NCBI GenBank assembly: GCA_964016885.1
Contig: OZ024740.1
Location: 241,118,001-241,182,000 of the forward strand
Source: Eledone cirrhosa
Taxonomy: Eukaryota
Direction: 5' to 3'
DNA: 64,000 nucleotides
The notes beneath the pieces were generated by a model that saw only the letters and a program-made list of their open reading frames with translations, did not search any database and had not been told where the DNA came from. A program made the translations under genes and the position numbers. How positions within the stretch are numbered: the first letter of the stretch is position 1; the number at the start of each line of letters is the position of its first letter. Positions 44,739-56,865 of this stretch are shown one piece after another.

Positions 44739-45682
44739 GAGAGTGAAATTAGAGTTTAACAGAAGTTTATTCGTAAACACGTATTTCGTTGTTGGAACAG
44801 CTCAAAGTCAATTGCTACTAGATGACAGAATCTAAATCATCTATTATGTAACTATGAGGTTCGACTCCGATACAATTAGCTCAACAGATGCACGCACAAA
44901 ATGTATTCGTTCTAGTCTGTCTCAAGAAGTTGTTGGCTCTTACATACACTACTTTATGATATCAAATATCAAAATAATGGAATAAATAAAGAATAAAAAA
45001 GGAGATTAAAATATAAAGTTACAAGTTGTAACCAAGTCGTAAAGATGAAATATAAAAAAGTTAAAAGTAAAATACAAATAACATAATAACTGATGTACTT
45101 CAATGGGAATTAAAAACACATTGAAATCTATAGACAGCAAGTCTGGCTCATATATATAGAGAGATGACAATAAATTTCAGTTAGATGAAAGTATCATATA
45201 TGAATGACTCCAAAGATATTGATAAGCGTTTGATTTGCTACACTTTCCTCTGCTAGGTATTTCGTAAATAAGTGCCACGAACCAATGTCGGATGTAGAAG
45301 AATGCAGATAAACTACATGAAAATACTGGAAAGGAGAAAGGAAACCAACCAAGGAAAAAGGACGAAATCAAAAGGAAAAAGAAAGGGGAAGATAATTGTT
45401 TCTACTTTAGGCACAAGGCCAGCAATTACCCAGTGCATTACTGGTACTTTATTTTATCGACCCCGTAAGGATGAAAGGCAAAGTCAACCTCGGCGGGATT
45501 TGAACTCAGATCGTAAAGGGACGTAACTATGCTGGAAATCATGGCGTCCGACCCTCCACCGATACTGCCAATCCACCGCCCGAAAGGGGAAGATAATGTT
45601 AGTGTTTAGAGTCATGAAGAACGGTATATCATGCATGTTCTAGAATAGTAAGTTTAACATTTGTAATAGAATTCATGAAAAG

Positions 45683-45753
<71 letters not shown>

Positions 45754-45992
45754 GTAAGTATGCATGTATACGTACATACATATATGTATACAGACGTACA
45801 GTAGCATGCACATATATATATATATATACATATATACATACATATGCATACAGGTACACATACATATATGCACGTATCAGTTTAGCGGCGCTAACGTCGC
45901 TTTGTTCGTTTGTAAACAAACTGAACAGCCTGAATTTATGCCATACGGTGTTAAGGCAACCACGTCACCTTTTTGTTCAACACTGACACAGG

Positions 45993-46037
45993 AACGATGT
46001 ACTAGTTTCAAGCTTGTTAGCTATCATCAGCACCGTT
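45993..46037 (-). ncRNA. Type I hammerhead ribozyme, unit 1
   Basis: aacggtg-CTGATGA-t agct aaca agct t-GAAA-ctag-TA-catcgtt; 7-bp stem I (one G:U) and palindromic ACTAGT stem III. Confidence 0.85.
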
Positions 46038-46458
46038 TACCCATCTGCCAGATAGTTGAACGTTCGAAAGTATATACTTTCCTTATGAAAATTAACGGCT
46101 GAGCAGCCTAATTTGCATATTGAGTGAGTTAAATCGGTCAGGCATACCGAAAACGATAAATTGAAACAAAATGAAAACGAAATTTCATTTCTCACTCTTA
46201 GTATGGCACTTACTTAAATGTAAGTATGCATGTATACGTACATACATATATGTATACAGACGTACAGTAGCATGCACATATATATATATATATACATATA
46301 TACATACATATGCATACAGGTACACATACATATATGCACGTATCAGTTTAGCGGCGCTAACGTCGCTTTGTTCGTTTGTAAACAAACTGAACAGCCTGAA
46401 TTTATGCCATACGGTGTTAAGGCAACCACGTCACCTTTTTGTTCAACACTGACACAGG

Positions 46459-46503
46459 AACGATGTACTAGTTTCAAGCTTGTTAGCTATCATCAGCACC
46501 GTT
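46459..46503 (-). ncRNA. Type I hammerhead ribozyme, unit 2
   Basis: Identical to unit 1, offset +466. Confidence 0.85.
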
Positions 46504-46924
46504 TACCCATCTGCCAGATAGTTGAACGTTCGAAAGTATATACTTTCCTTATGAAAATTAACGGCTGAGCAGCCTAATTTGCATATTGAGTGAGTTAAAT
46601 CGGTCAGGCATACCGAAAACGATAAATTGAAACAAAATGAAAACGAAATTTCATTTCTCACTCTTAGTATGGCACTTACTTAAATGTAAGTATGCATGTA
46701 TACGTACATACATATATGTATACAGACGTACAGTAGCATGCACATATATATATATATATACATATATACATACATATGCATACAGGTACACATACATATA
46801 TGCACGTATCAGTTTAGCGGCGCTAACGTCGCTTTGTTCGTTTGTAAACAAACTGAACAGCCTGAATTTATGCCATACGGTGTTAAGGCAACCACGTCAC
46901 CTTTTTGTTCAACACTGACACAGG

Positions 46925-46969
46925 AACGATGTACTAGTTTCAAGCTTGTTAGCTATCATCAGCACCGTT
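46925..46969 (-). ncRNA. Type I hammerhead ribozyme, unit 3
   Basis: Identical to unit 1, offset +932. Confidence 0.85.
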
Positions 46970-47633
46970 TACCCATCTGCCAGATAGTTGAACGTTCGAA
47001 AGTATATACTTTCCTTATGAAAATTAACGGCTGAGCAGCCTAATTTGCATATTGAGTGAGTTAAATCGGTCAGGCATACCGAAAACGATAAATTGAAACA
47101 AAATGAAAACGAAATTTCATTTCTCACTCTTAGTATGGCACTTACTTAAATGTAAGTATGCATGTATACGTACATACATATATGTATACAGACGTACAGT
47201 AGCATGCACATATATATATATATATACATATATACATACATATGCATACAGGTACACATACATATATGCACGTATCAGTTTAGCGGCGCTAACGTCGCTT
47301 TGTTCGTTTGTAAACAAACTGAACAGCCTGAATTTATGCCATACGGTGTTAAGGCAACCACGTCACCTTTTTGTTCAACACCGTATGGCATAAATTCAGG
47401 CTGTTCAGTTTGTTTACAAACGAACAAAGCGACGTTAGCGCCGCTAAACTGATACGTGCATATATGTATGTGTACCTGTATGCATATGTATGTATATATG
47501 TATATATATATATATATGTGCATGCTACTGTACGTCTGTATACATATATGTATGTACGTATACATGCATACTTACATTTAAGTAAGTGCCATACTAAGAG
47601 TGAGAAATGAAATTTCGTTTTCATTTTGTTTCA

Positions 47634-47679
<46 letters not shown>

Positions 47680-47683
<4 letters not shown>

Positions 47684-49715
47684 CTGTGGTTGTCTGTCTG
47701 TCTATCGATTTTTGGCACACATCTCCTCTTAGAATCTCTGACGGAATTGCACTGAAATTGCTATACTTGTACATTGAGCCCTAGCGAAGACATCGGAAAA
47801 AAATATTTCAAATTGACCCGCCCTATGTGACGAAATCGAATCTAATGTATCGATTTTTGAGCGTAAGTGACGAGTTATTTCCCTTTGTTCTGTTTACATT
47901 GAGCGTCTTACGTTTTACGCTGGCTTTCTCAGCGTTTAAAATGACATTAACACAATACACGAACAGTTGTCGAGCCAGCAAAATTTTGACCTGCAAAATT
48001 CATCAGTTCGAACACTAAGCTTCCGTTTTGCTTCATTTCCATTTAAAAGCCTTTTAAAACAATATTTTTACTTGAAAACAAGTCTATTTAAAGACTACGT
48101 AAAACAAGCAAATATTTCGTAAAAAAAAAGCAAAAATTATATAAGTTTATTTAAAATATATGTATCTGTAAATTTCGTTAGGCGTGCAGACAGACAGTCG
48201 TGCAGAGAGGTGATATACGCGTGCAGACAGACAGTCGTGCAGAGAGGTGATATACGCGTGCAGACAGATAGTCGTGCAGAGAGGTGATATAGGCGTGCAG
48301 ACAGACATAACTGATAATTTGGTTACGCTAATGTTTTTCTCTGCGTTGCAGTGTTTACATTTTCGATCTTTGTTAATAAATAACCAGTGCAGTTTTTATC
48401 CCCAGCATCCTCTTTTGTTATAACATTCGGGTTATCGTTATGTTTTCTTAACTTCATAAGGCATATTGTTGGTTGAGGGAATATTAATCAAAAACACCAC
48501 ATGCAAGTCTGCACAGTAGACACTACAGTTTTTAAGCCAAAAAAGAAACTTAACATTGTAACTTTAACACAGCTACTGAGCGACCCGAGCAACGCCGGGC
48601 TTTACTGCTAGTATATATATAAAGCTGTGGTTGTCTGTCTGTCTATCGATTTTTGGCACACATCTCCTCTTAGAATCTCTGACGGAATTGCACCGAAATT
48701 GCTATACTTGTACATTGAGCCCTAGCGAAGACATCGGAAAAAATATTTCAAATTGACCCACCCTATGTGACGAAATCGAATCTAATGTATCGACTTTTGA
48801 GCGTAAGTGACGAGTTATTTCCCTTTGTTCTATATATATAAAGCTGTGGTTGTCTGTCTGTCTATCGATTTTTGGCACACATCTCCTCTTAGAATCTCTG
48901 ACGGAATTGCACCGAAATTGCTATACTTGTACATTGAGCCCTAGCGAAGACATCGGAAAAAAAATATTTCAAATTGACCCACCCTATGTGACGAAATCGA
49001 ATCTAATGTATCGATTTTTGAGTGTAAGTGACGAGTTATTTCCCTTTGTTCTATATATATAAAGCTGTGGTTGTCTGTCTGTCTATCGATTTTTGGCACA
49101 CATCTCCTCTTAGAATCTCTGACGGAATTGCACCGAAATTGCTATACTTGTACATTGAGCCCTAGCGAAGACATCGGAAAAAGAATATTTCAAATTGACC
49201 CACCCTATGTGACGAAATCAAATCTAATGTATCGATTTTTGAGCGTAAGTGACGAGTTATTTCCCTTTGTTATTTCCCTTGTACATTGAGCGTCTTACGT
49301 TCTGTTTACATTTTCTGCGTGCAAAAATTAAAAAGATTACGCTGGCTTTCTCAGCGTTTAAAATGACATGAACACAATACACGAACAGTTGTCGAGCCAG
49401 CAAAATTTTGACCTGCAGAATTCATCAGTTCGAACACTAAGCTTCCGTTTTGCTTCATTTCCATTTAAAAGCCTTTTAAAACAATATTTTTACTTGAAAA
49501 CAAGTCTATTTAAAGACTACGTAAAACAAGCAAATATTTCGTAAAAAAAAGCAAAAATTATATAAGTTTATTTAAAATATATGTATCTATAAAATTTCGT
49601 TAGGCGTGCAGACAGACAGTCGTGCAGATAGACTTTAAGCCCAAAAAGAAACTTAACATTGTAACTTTAACACAGCTACTGAGCGACCCCGAGCAACGCC
49701 GGGCTTTACTGCTAG
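47680..49715 (+). mobile_element. Head-to-tail non-autonomous Helitrons with reiterated ~221-bp 5' modules
   Basis: 3' cccgagcaacgccggg..CTAG ends at 48611 and 49715; 5' module aagctgtggttgtctgtctg at 47681, 48622, 48841 and 49062. A related subfamily starts at ~49720. Confidence 0.85.
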
Positions 49716-51137
49716 TATATATATAAAACTGAGGTTGTCTGTCTGTCTGTCTGTCTGTCTGTCAACTAAAACAGTCGGCACACATCTCCTCCTAAACCGT
49801 ACGTTCAAATTTCGGTGAAATTGCTACACTTATAGATGAAGGTCCGGCGGAGACATCGGTCAAAAACATTTTCAAATCGACCCACGCCAAGTGCAAAACT
49901 CGAATTTGTAATGTATTGATTTTTCAGTTCAAATGTATAAATAGAGATGAGAGACGAGTTATTTCCCTTTTATGGCGTCATTTGTTTATCTATTTACGTT
50001 ACGAATAAACGTGCAAAGGTACAAAATTACGCGAACAGTTTTCGGGCCCGCAAAATTTTAACCTGCAAAATTCATGAGTTCGAAGTTTCAACATTAAGCT
50101 TCCATTTTGTTTCATTTGCATTAAAAAGTCTTTTAAAACAATATTTCAGTGCATCAGCCTCGGCATCACCCGAGGCAAAGCTGCGAGTGTGCTGGCTTGC
50201 CTCACAAATCATTAGAGAGGTTGCCCAGTACTCGCGACGTTGCTGTCTTTTGCTCGGGTGTTGGCTCCGTTGTTCACCCCTTCCTTTACATTTTCTTTAA
50301 TATTGTAGCATTGAAGGAATATATCTTTCATTGTATCATCCTTTGTAGTGTTACCGAGGCATTTGTAATGTTATTTATGTATATATCTAAAACATATTTG
50401 TTATGTTATTCTACTGTAAATTTATTTATATGCACTGTTTATATTTTCATTCTCACTACCCTAAAAAATCTATGAAACTACATACATGTTGCAACTCTCT
50501 CTCTAAGAGAGAGAGGGTATGAGTGAAAGAGAGAGAGAGGGTATGAGAAAAAAGGGAGAGGGGTTGAGAAAGAAAGAAAGTTTAAGCAAAGAATCGCTGC
50601 TTTCAACATTAACGGGATCTTCTAATAAATTCAATCTGTGAACGCAGAATTAAATATTTCGAGAAACGTTGCAGCCGAAGGAAAACAGGAAGACAATATT
50701 TTGGTTCGTGAAGACGTTCCCTGGTAATGAACGGAAAAAAAAGCGAGGATAATACGTTGTTATGTGGACCGAAAAGAACAATTTCATGCAAAGACGAGAC
50801 CAAGTTTATGGTGTAAACGGAGTCGTTAGACTAATATTCTATTTAAAATAACCGAATGATTTCCAGCCCCGGAGTCTAAGAATGATGTAAATAAAATTGT
50901 AAACGAAAATGACAGAAGTTATTAAAATAGTTATTTCTACTTTTGGTACAAGGCCAGCAATTACTCAGTACATTACTGGTACTTTATTTTATCGATCCCG
51001 TAATGATGAAAGGCAAAGTTAACCTCGACGGGATTTTAACTTTGCCTTAAAATAGTAAAAGTAAATAGTGAAGATTTAGGCCAGTACATACGTATGCGCC
51101 GATGGACATACACATACATATACATACGCACACACAA

Positions 51138-51261
<124 letters not shown>

Positions 51262-51269
51262 GTGTGTGT

Positions 51270-51700
51270 GTAAACCTTATGCATTCCTACAGTATTTTCA
51301 CCAAACTTAAGACATAGGTTACTTATGTACTCCGGATGGTCATGGGCACTTTCATTTTTACAGATATTGATTATAGGGCCTCCCGGCAGATAACCCCTTT
51401 AACCACTTTCTTGGAGTCGACTGAAGCACTGCAGTGCAATGCAACAAAACGTCATAACTTCTGGAGTTCGCAACCGATTTTCACAAAACTTGACACATGG
51501 GCTACGTTTGTTCTACAGATGAATGTGAACTCTCAGAATTGGCACATATTGAGTAGGGGATCCTTGGGGGCAGGAACCACCTTTTGGAAAGAGCCAATGA
51601 TTTTGTAAAAGTATAGTTTTCGAAGTAGCAGTGAAGTATTGACATAATGGTATACATAACTGCTATTTAATACCCGAGCAACGCCGGGTACCTCTGCTAG
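51270..51700 (+). mobile_element. Non-autonomous Helitron-like element
   Basis: Ends acccgagcaacgccgggt..CTAG|T. Confidence 0.75.
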
Positions 51701-51703
51701 TAT

Positions 51704-54387
51704 ATTATAAAATAACAGGAGGCTGGACTGGTGTAAATCCTTGAAAAGTTTATTATACTATGATCATTTCAATGACCGGGTTCAGTATGAATCCCGTGAC
51801 ATCATCAGGTATTAAAAATATAACAATGGAATATAACAGATAACATCCATGGGGCTGAAAATCAGAGACAAGACCTCAACGCTGTCATTTCTCTTTGACC
51901 GGGAGGTAGTAGCACATTATAAGCTTGCGCCCCCTCACCAGATGGTCATAAGTAGACTTAATAATCAACACTTGAGGGCGGCCGACCGAGGTAGAAGCTG
52001 CTAAATGGTCAGTCGTGCTCTTGCCTCTGATTTTCAGCCCCATGGATTTTATCTGTTATATTCTTTTGTTATATTCTGAATACCTGATGATGTCACCGGA
52101 TTCATACTGAACCCGGTCATTGAAATGATCATAGTATAATAATCCTTTCAAGGATTTACACCAGTCCAGCCTCCTGTTATTTTATAATAATTAACTCCGT
52201 ACTCGCACCACCAACTACACAAACGAAGACGGATGAGTTGTATTACGTTGAGTGCTCTCCATAATATTACATCGAGGTTGACCATACGCAATGACCAATT
52301 CTATCCAGTGGTGAACCAACAAACCTAAATAAATAATGCTCCAGAATTGTCGAGCGCTCTCAGATGTAATAATGAACAGCGGCACTAACGCCAGTGTACA
52401 GCTATCGCCAGAATGGGACTGACTAATCTACTTACCATTCGGATGTTGGCTGCTTTGAGCCACCTGGTCCACTGCTGCTTCCCTGTCGGGAATATTCAGA
52501 CTCCAACAGACCTCATAGATTCCTAAAAAAATGTCTACGTATTCTACTAAAACTTGTAGCGTATTGACTGAATTCTCTATCATATACTTCAGGGCCTTTG
52601 GGATTCACATTGAATATTAAGACTCGAATATACACTAAGTATCACCTGATACCATTCCTTCTCTTCCATCCTCTATATCTATATGTATAACCTTGTATTA
52701 TCCAACTGCCCCTTGATCTATATTGTATTTCCCCTGTGTGTTTATTTCTTCGATGTGTTCTTATATACTTCCGTTTTACTCCATGCATCACCACCCTAGT
52801 TATGACTGCATTTTATTTATGTATTTTTATTTATGTATTTTGCTTATTATTCTTTTTATTTATGTATTTATTTACTCGCTTTACTCTCATTATATACTAT
52901 TCATTGTGCTCATTAACACACGACCCGAGAATATTCCTCTCTGTATCCTTATATCTGTTTATCTTTATTCACTCCCCCTACCCACCCAAGAACCACACTA
53001 CATATAACCCGGACTAACTGGGGACTAAATATAGTCTATTTGCGCATTTCATCGGGTTTTACCGCTTTCAACCTCACATCACAGGTGTGAATAAATAATA
53101 ATGGTTTGGTAACACGCGTGATTCGACGGATGTGGCGGTTTTCCCGACTGCACACCAGGCGCTCGGGTAGATCAAGCTTCCTTGAGTGCTTGGAAAAATA
53201 AATTTCCCCTTCTTTCAGGTAAACGAAATTACTCGGAACGGATGCTTCGCCCTAGGGCCCTGTCAGACTTCGAACCCACCGCGTCGTCGGCTCTGACCGC
53301 CAAATAGTATCTTTAAATTCTAGGCTTAATCATAACTATTAGCTGTATCATGCCTCCTTCTGCTAGCACTTAACTAAATCCCCCTCCTGTGTGAATTACT
53401 AGTAATCGTTTGGTATATACGATGGCCCAGCCGGCGGTGGCGGACTCCCCTCTAACACACCCGACACCTAAGACAGTTACATTCCTGGAGTGCTCGAAAA
53501 AATTAATTTCCTTTTCTTTCGCTAGACGATATTACACGGAACGGCTGACACGTAGTCAAGGAGGGCTGGCCGGGGTTCTGCAGTCGTCGCTGGTTATTGA
53601 CCGCTAAGCAAGGGCTTAATCTTTACTCTATATCCTACCCTGAAAATTTATCGTGACTATCTATAATACACTTAAACTTTTCCATAAAAGTCTCCTTCTG
53701 TAAATTCTTTAACTAAATCTCACAACCCAAGCCCTAAACCTTATTTTTCTAATTTCATCCTATAACTCTAAACATAAGTTTAACGTTTCTAATTGTTAAT
53801 CAAAATGTCTGTCCATACATGATAGCACATAGACGCCCACTATATATGTCTTTGTTGAAGATATATATTCTTTAAAAAAACATTTTTCGCGGCAATTTCG
53901 AGCATGTATGATCAGCTTGATTGAGGCATGACCTCAACGCTGACATTTCTCTTTGACGGTGAGGTAGTAGCACATTATAAGCTTGCGCCCCCTCACCAGA
54001 TGGTCATAAGTATACTTAATAATCAACACTTGAGGGCGGCCGACCGGGGTAGAAGCTGCTAAATGGTCGGTCGTCCTCTTGTCTCTGATTTTCAGCCCAA
54101 TGGATTTTATCTGTTATATTCCTTTCTTATATTTTGAATACCTGATGATGTCACCGGGTTCAGTATGAATCCAGTCATTGAAATGATCATAGCATAATAA
54201 ACCTTTTAACGATTTACACCAGTCCAACCTCCTGTTATTTTATAATAATTAACCCCGTACTCGCACCACCAACTAAACAAACGAAGACGGGTGAGTTGCA
54301 TTACGTTGAGTGAGTGCTCTCCATAATATTACATCGAGGTTGACCATACGGAATGACCAGTTCTATCCAGTGGTGAACCAACTAACC

Positions 54388-54391
<4 letters not shown>
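51704..54391 (+). mobile_element. Non-coding PLE-type element: inverted partial repeat plus two ~460-bp direct repeats, three hammerheads in total
   Basis: 51872-52330 matches 53930-54391; 51704-51872 is the reverse complement of 52020-52188; ends in (TA)n. Confidence 0.85.
52080..52137 (+). ncRNA. Type I hammerhead ribozyme (copies at 51755-51812 - and 54138-54195 +)
   Basis: atac-CTGATGA-tgtcaccgg...ccggtcatt-GAAA-tgatca-TA-gtat; palindromic stem III. Confidence 0.75.
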
Positions 54392-54469
<78 letters not shown>

Positions 54470-55518
54470 AAAAGATTCAGGATCCCGACGGCTGAGCCCC
54501 GGCCGTTTCGACAGCTATATCCAAACAGCTCGGATTTAGATGTCGAAACGGCCGGAGCTCAACCGTCGGAGTCCTGAATCTTTTCATATTACACACTCTA
54601 CTACCCCAAGTATCGAGTACTCTGGTGCGTTATGGTCCATCTGGTATCTTACTACACCCTCTTTGTTATATGTATATAAAGGGAGAGATAAGATATATAG
54701 AGAGAGCAAAAGAGGGGGAGAGAAAAAAAATATATAAAGATAGTGAGAGATAAAGAAAATGAGAAAGACTAATTAATTAAGAGAGTCCATGGATTATGCA
54801 TGTCAATGTGTATTGATAAGGTTAAGTAGTTTAGAAAGAGATATGTATGCTTATATTTGAATGTATACACACACACGCTCATTCTTCCATGAGTAAGTAA
54901 ATGTATTATAAAGTGTAGAGGGTATTAAGTAATCTACATACGCTTACACAATTACATACATGTGTATACACTTGTAAACGCATATACTTGTCCACATATA
55001 TCATTGCAAACTGAAGGGTATACATTACTTGGAAGCTACCAGAATATAATATGAGTTCAAACTATATTAAACTCACCAATATAAGGTAATGCATTATAAG
55101 AAGGTCCCTGGTGCACGTTACCAGGGGGAGAAAGGTGCGAAGTTGGATAAAGTGTGGAAGAATGTGGAAGTGTACTAGTTGTAACAGTCAGAATCATTTG
55201 AAAAGAGCTTTGGGATAATTGAAATTCGCCACCGGTTTCAGTGGAACTACAATCATATGCAGGCTGTATTGCACAGACTTGCTTCAGAGAACGAAGGCCT
55301 CAGTTTTCGCAGAACTGATTTTCATTCCATCCGTACAACACTGCCGCAAACCTATCCATTGCGTGCCGGAGATCACATTCCGACTAGTTAATTAATATCA
55401 TTGCGTCTGCAAATTTCCGTCGACTGATTCTGCACCCTCCAGCTTTGATACCTCTTCCAGCTCGGTTGCGCATGTCAATCTTGTTCATGAAAATTATGAA
55501 CAAAAGTGACAGTATGCA

Positions 55519-55650
55519 CTATTGGTTTATCTGGATGTAAATACTGGGGCATTCGTATAGGGATCTAAAGGCCGCAAGAAGCTCCCCATCGATCCCGCAC
55601 TTCTGTAGAACCTTTCCCAAGTCCCGTGAAATGCGGTGGTATACCTTTCT
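55519..55650 (-). pseudogene. Degenerate RTE-like LINE RT fragment
   Basis: LRKVYHRISRDLGKVLQKCGIDGELLAAFRSLY resembles 'DLEKAYDRV.R..LW..L...G....L...I.SLY'. Confidence 0.5.
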
Positions 55651-56457
55651 GAGGTTCAGGAAACAAGCATACAAACTAGAAACATAGTATATAGCATAAG
55701 ATGTGCCGAAGGACAATGTAAATATAACAATATAGTGTACATAGGTGTGACAGTTCGTAGTATAGGAGAACGATTAAATGAACACTGGCGAGAGCTTCAA
55801 GATAGAAAAGAATCATCAATACTCCACCAACATGCTAAAATAGAACATAAGGGCAAATTAGAGAACATAGAAATAAAAATAAAATCTACACACAGAAAAG
55901 ACGCAATGTTTAGACAAATCACAGAGGTAATAAACATAAATGAACTCCAAGCAAAATTAAATAGAAAACATGAATGGAATAGCAACATCACAACTTACAA
56001 TTAAGGACAACATGAAAACACACACACGTAGAACAAACAACCAACTAGTAACATGTAAATAAACAAATAAATAAACAAATAAAAACACACGCAGACCCCC
56101 GGATCTAACACATGCGCAAACTAAGCACATAACACACACAAAAACAATATGGCGTAGGACAGAACAAAGTAGAGGCACAAAACAAAGAAAAGAATCCCCA
56201 GTCACTGAAGAGGTCACAGAATGTGGGACGAAAGAACTTTGACAATATATGAACAACCGTCCGGTTGTGGAACCAACCAACCAACCAACCGGAAATTTAT
56301 AAATTTTTTAATTTATAATTTAATTTATAATACATTGGAGTGAAACCAACTGGTGCGTGTGTTTCTTATTGGCAACATGACCCTCCCAAAGTATAACAAT
56401 ATCGGTTTCAACACACGTTTTCAGATAAAGAATCTTGCTAAACAAATTCAGAAACGA
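55650..56457 (+). mobile_element. Penelope-like 3' fragment: GIY-YIG endonuclease plus terminal repeat
   Basis: NIVYSIRC...C...YIGVTVRSIGERLNEH...S.LHQH...RQITE..I......LN.K.EW; HHR-like core CTGAAGA..GAAA at ~56205. Confidence 0.88.
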
Positions 56458-56511
56458 TATATATATATATATTAAAGGTTTCGCTCAGACATAGTTGTAT
56501 ACATATAAGTA

Positions 56512-56865
56512 TGTGAATTTCGTGTATCTAATGATATACAAAACATTTGCTAAGCCGGAGTGAAAATATTAATCCTATTTTCAAGCAGAGCTGGCTTGTA
56601 CATCATATGCAAATTAAGCTAATAAACCCATCTATATAGGTGAAAAAACTATATACTTTCGCCTATTTCAAATTCCACCAGGGAGCAGGGAAAGGACTGT
56701 CCTGATGACACCAGAGCCAGAAACGCATTTATTGTTGTCCCCCGCTGCTTCTGCTGGAATCCGCTAGGCGGCACTAACCGTCACCTTTTTAATATTTAGA
56801 ACTAGAAGGCTTTCCAAATGTTTATTCGTAAACATACTGTATATCATTAGATATACGAAATTCAC
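56512..56865 (+). mobile_element. Short element with ~28-bp inverted ends, an octamer+TATA module and a hammerhead core
   Basis: gtgaatttcgtgtatctaatgatataca is inverted at 56838-56865; ATGCAAAT at 56607, TATATACTTTCG at 56650, CTGATGA at 56702, GAAA at 56720. Confidence 0.6.

Larger units (their letters stand above)
45750..47639 (-). mobile_element. Retrozyme-like tandem array: ~3.5 x 466-bp units plus a terminal 263-bp inversion
   Basis: Identical ORFs recur at 46171/46637/47103 (period 466). Arms 47088-47350 and 47377-47639 are inverted. (TA)n on both sides. Confidence 0.88.

Noticed and set aside
45675-47624. Repeated 66-112-aa ORFs in the 466-bp array
   Set aside because: Low-complexity, overlapping on both strands and with no domain pattern; the unit is better explained as non-coding RNA.
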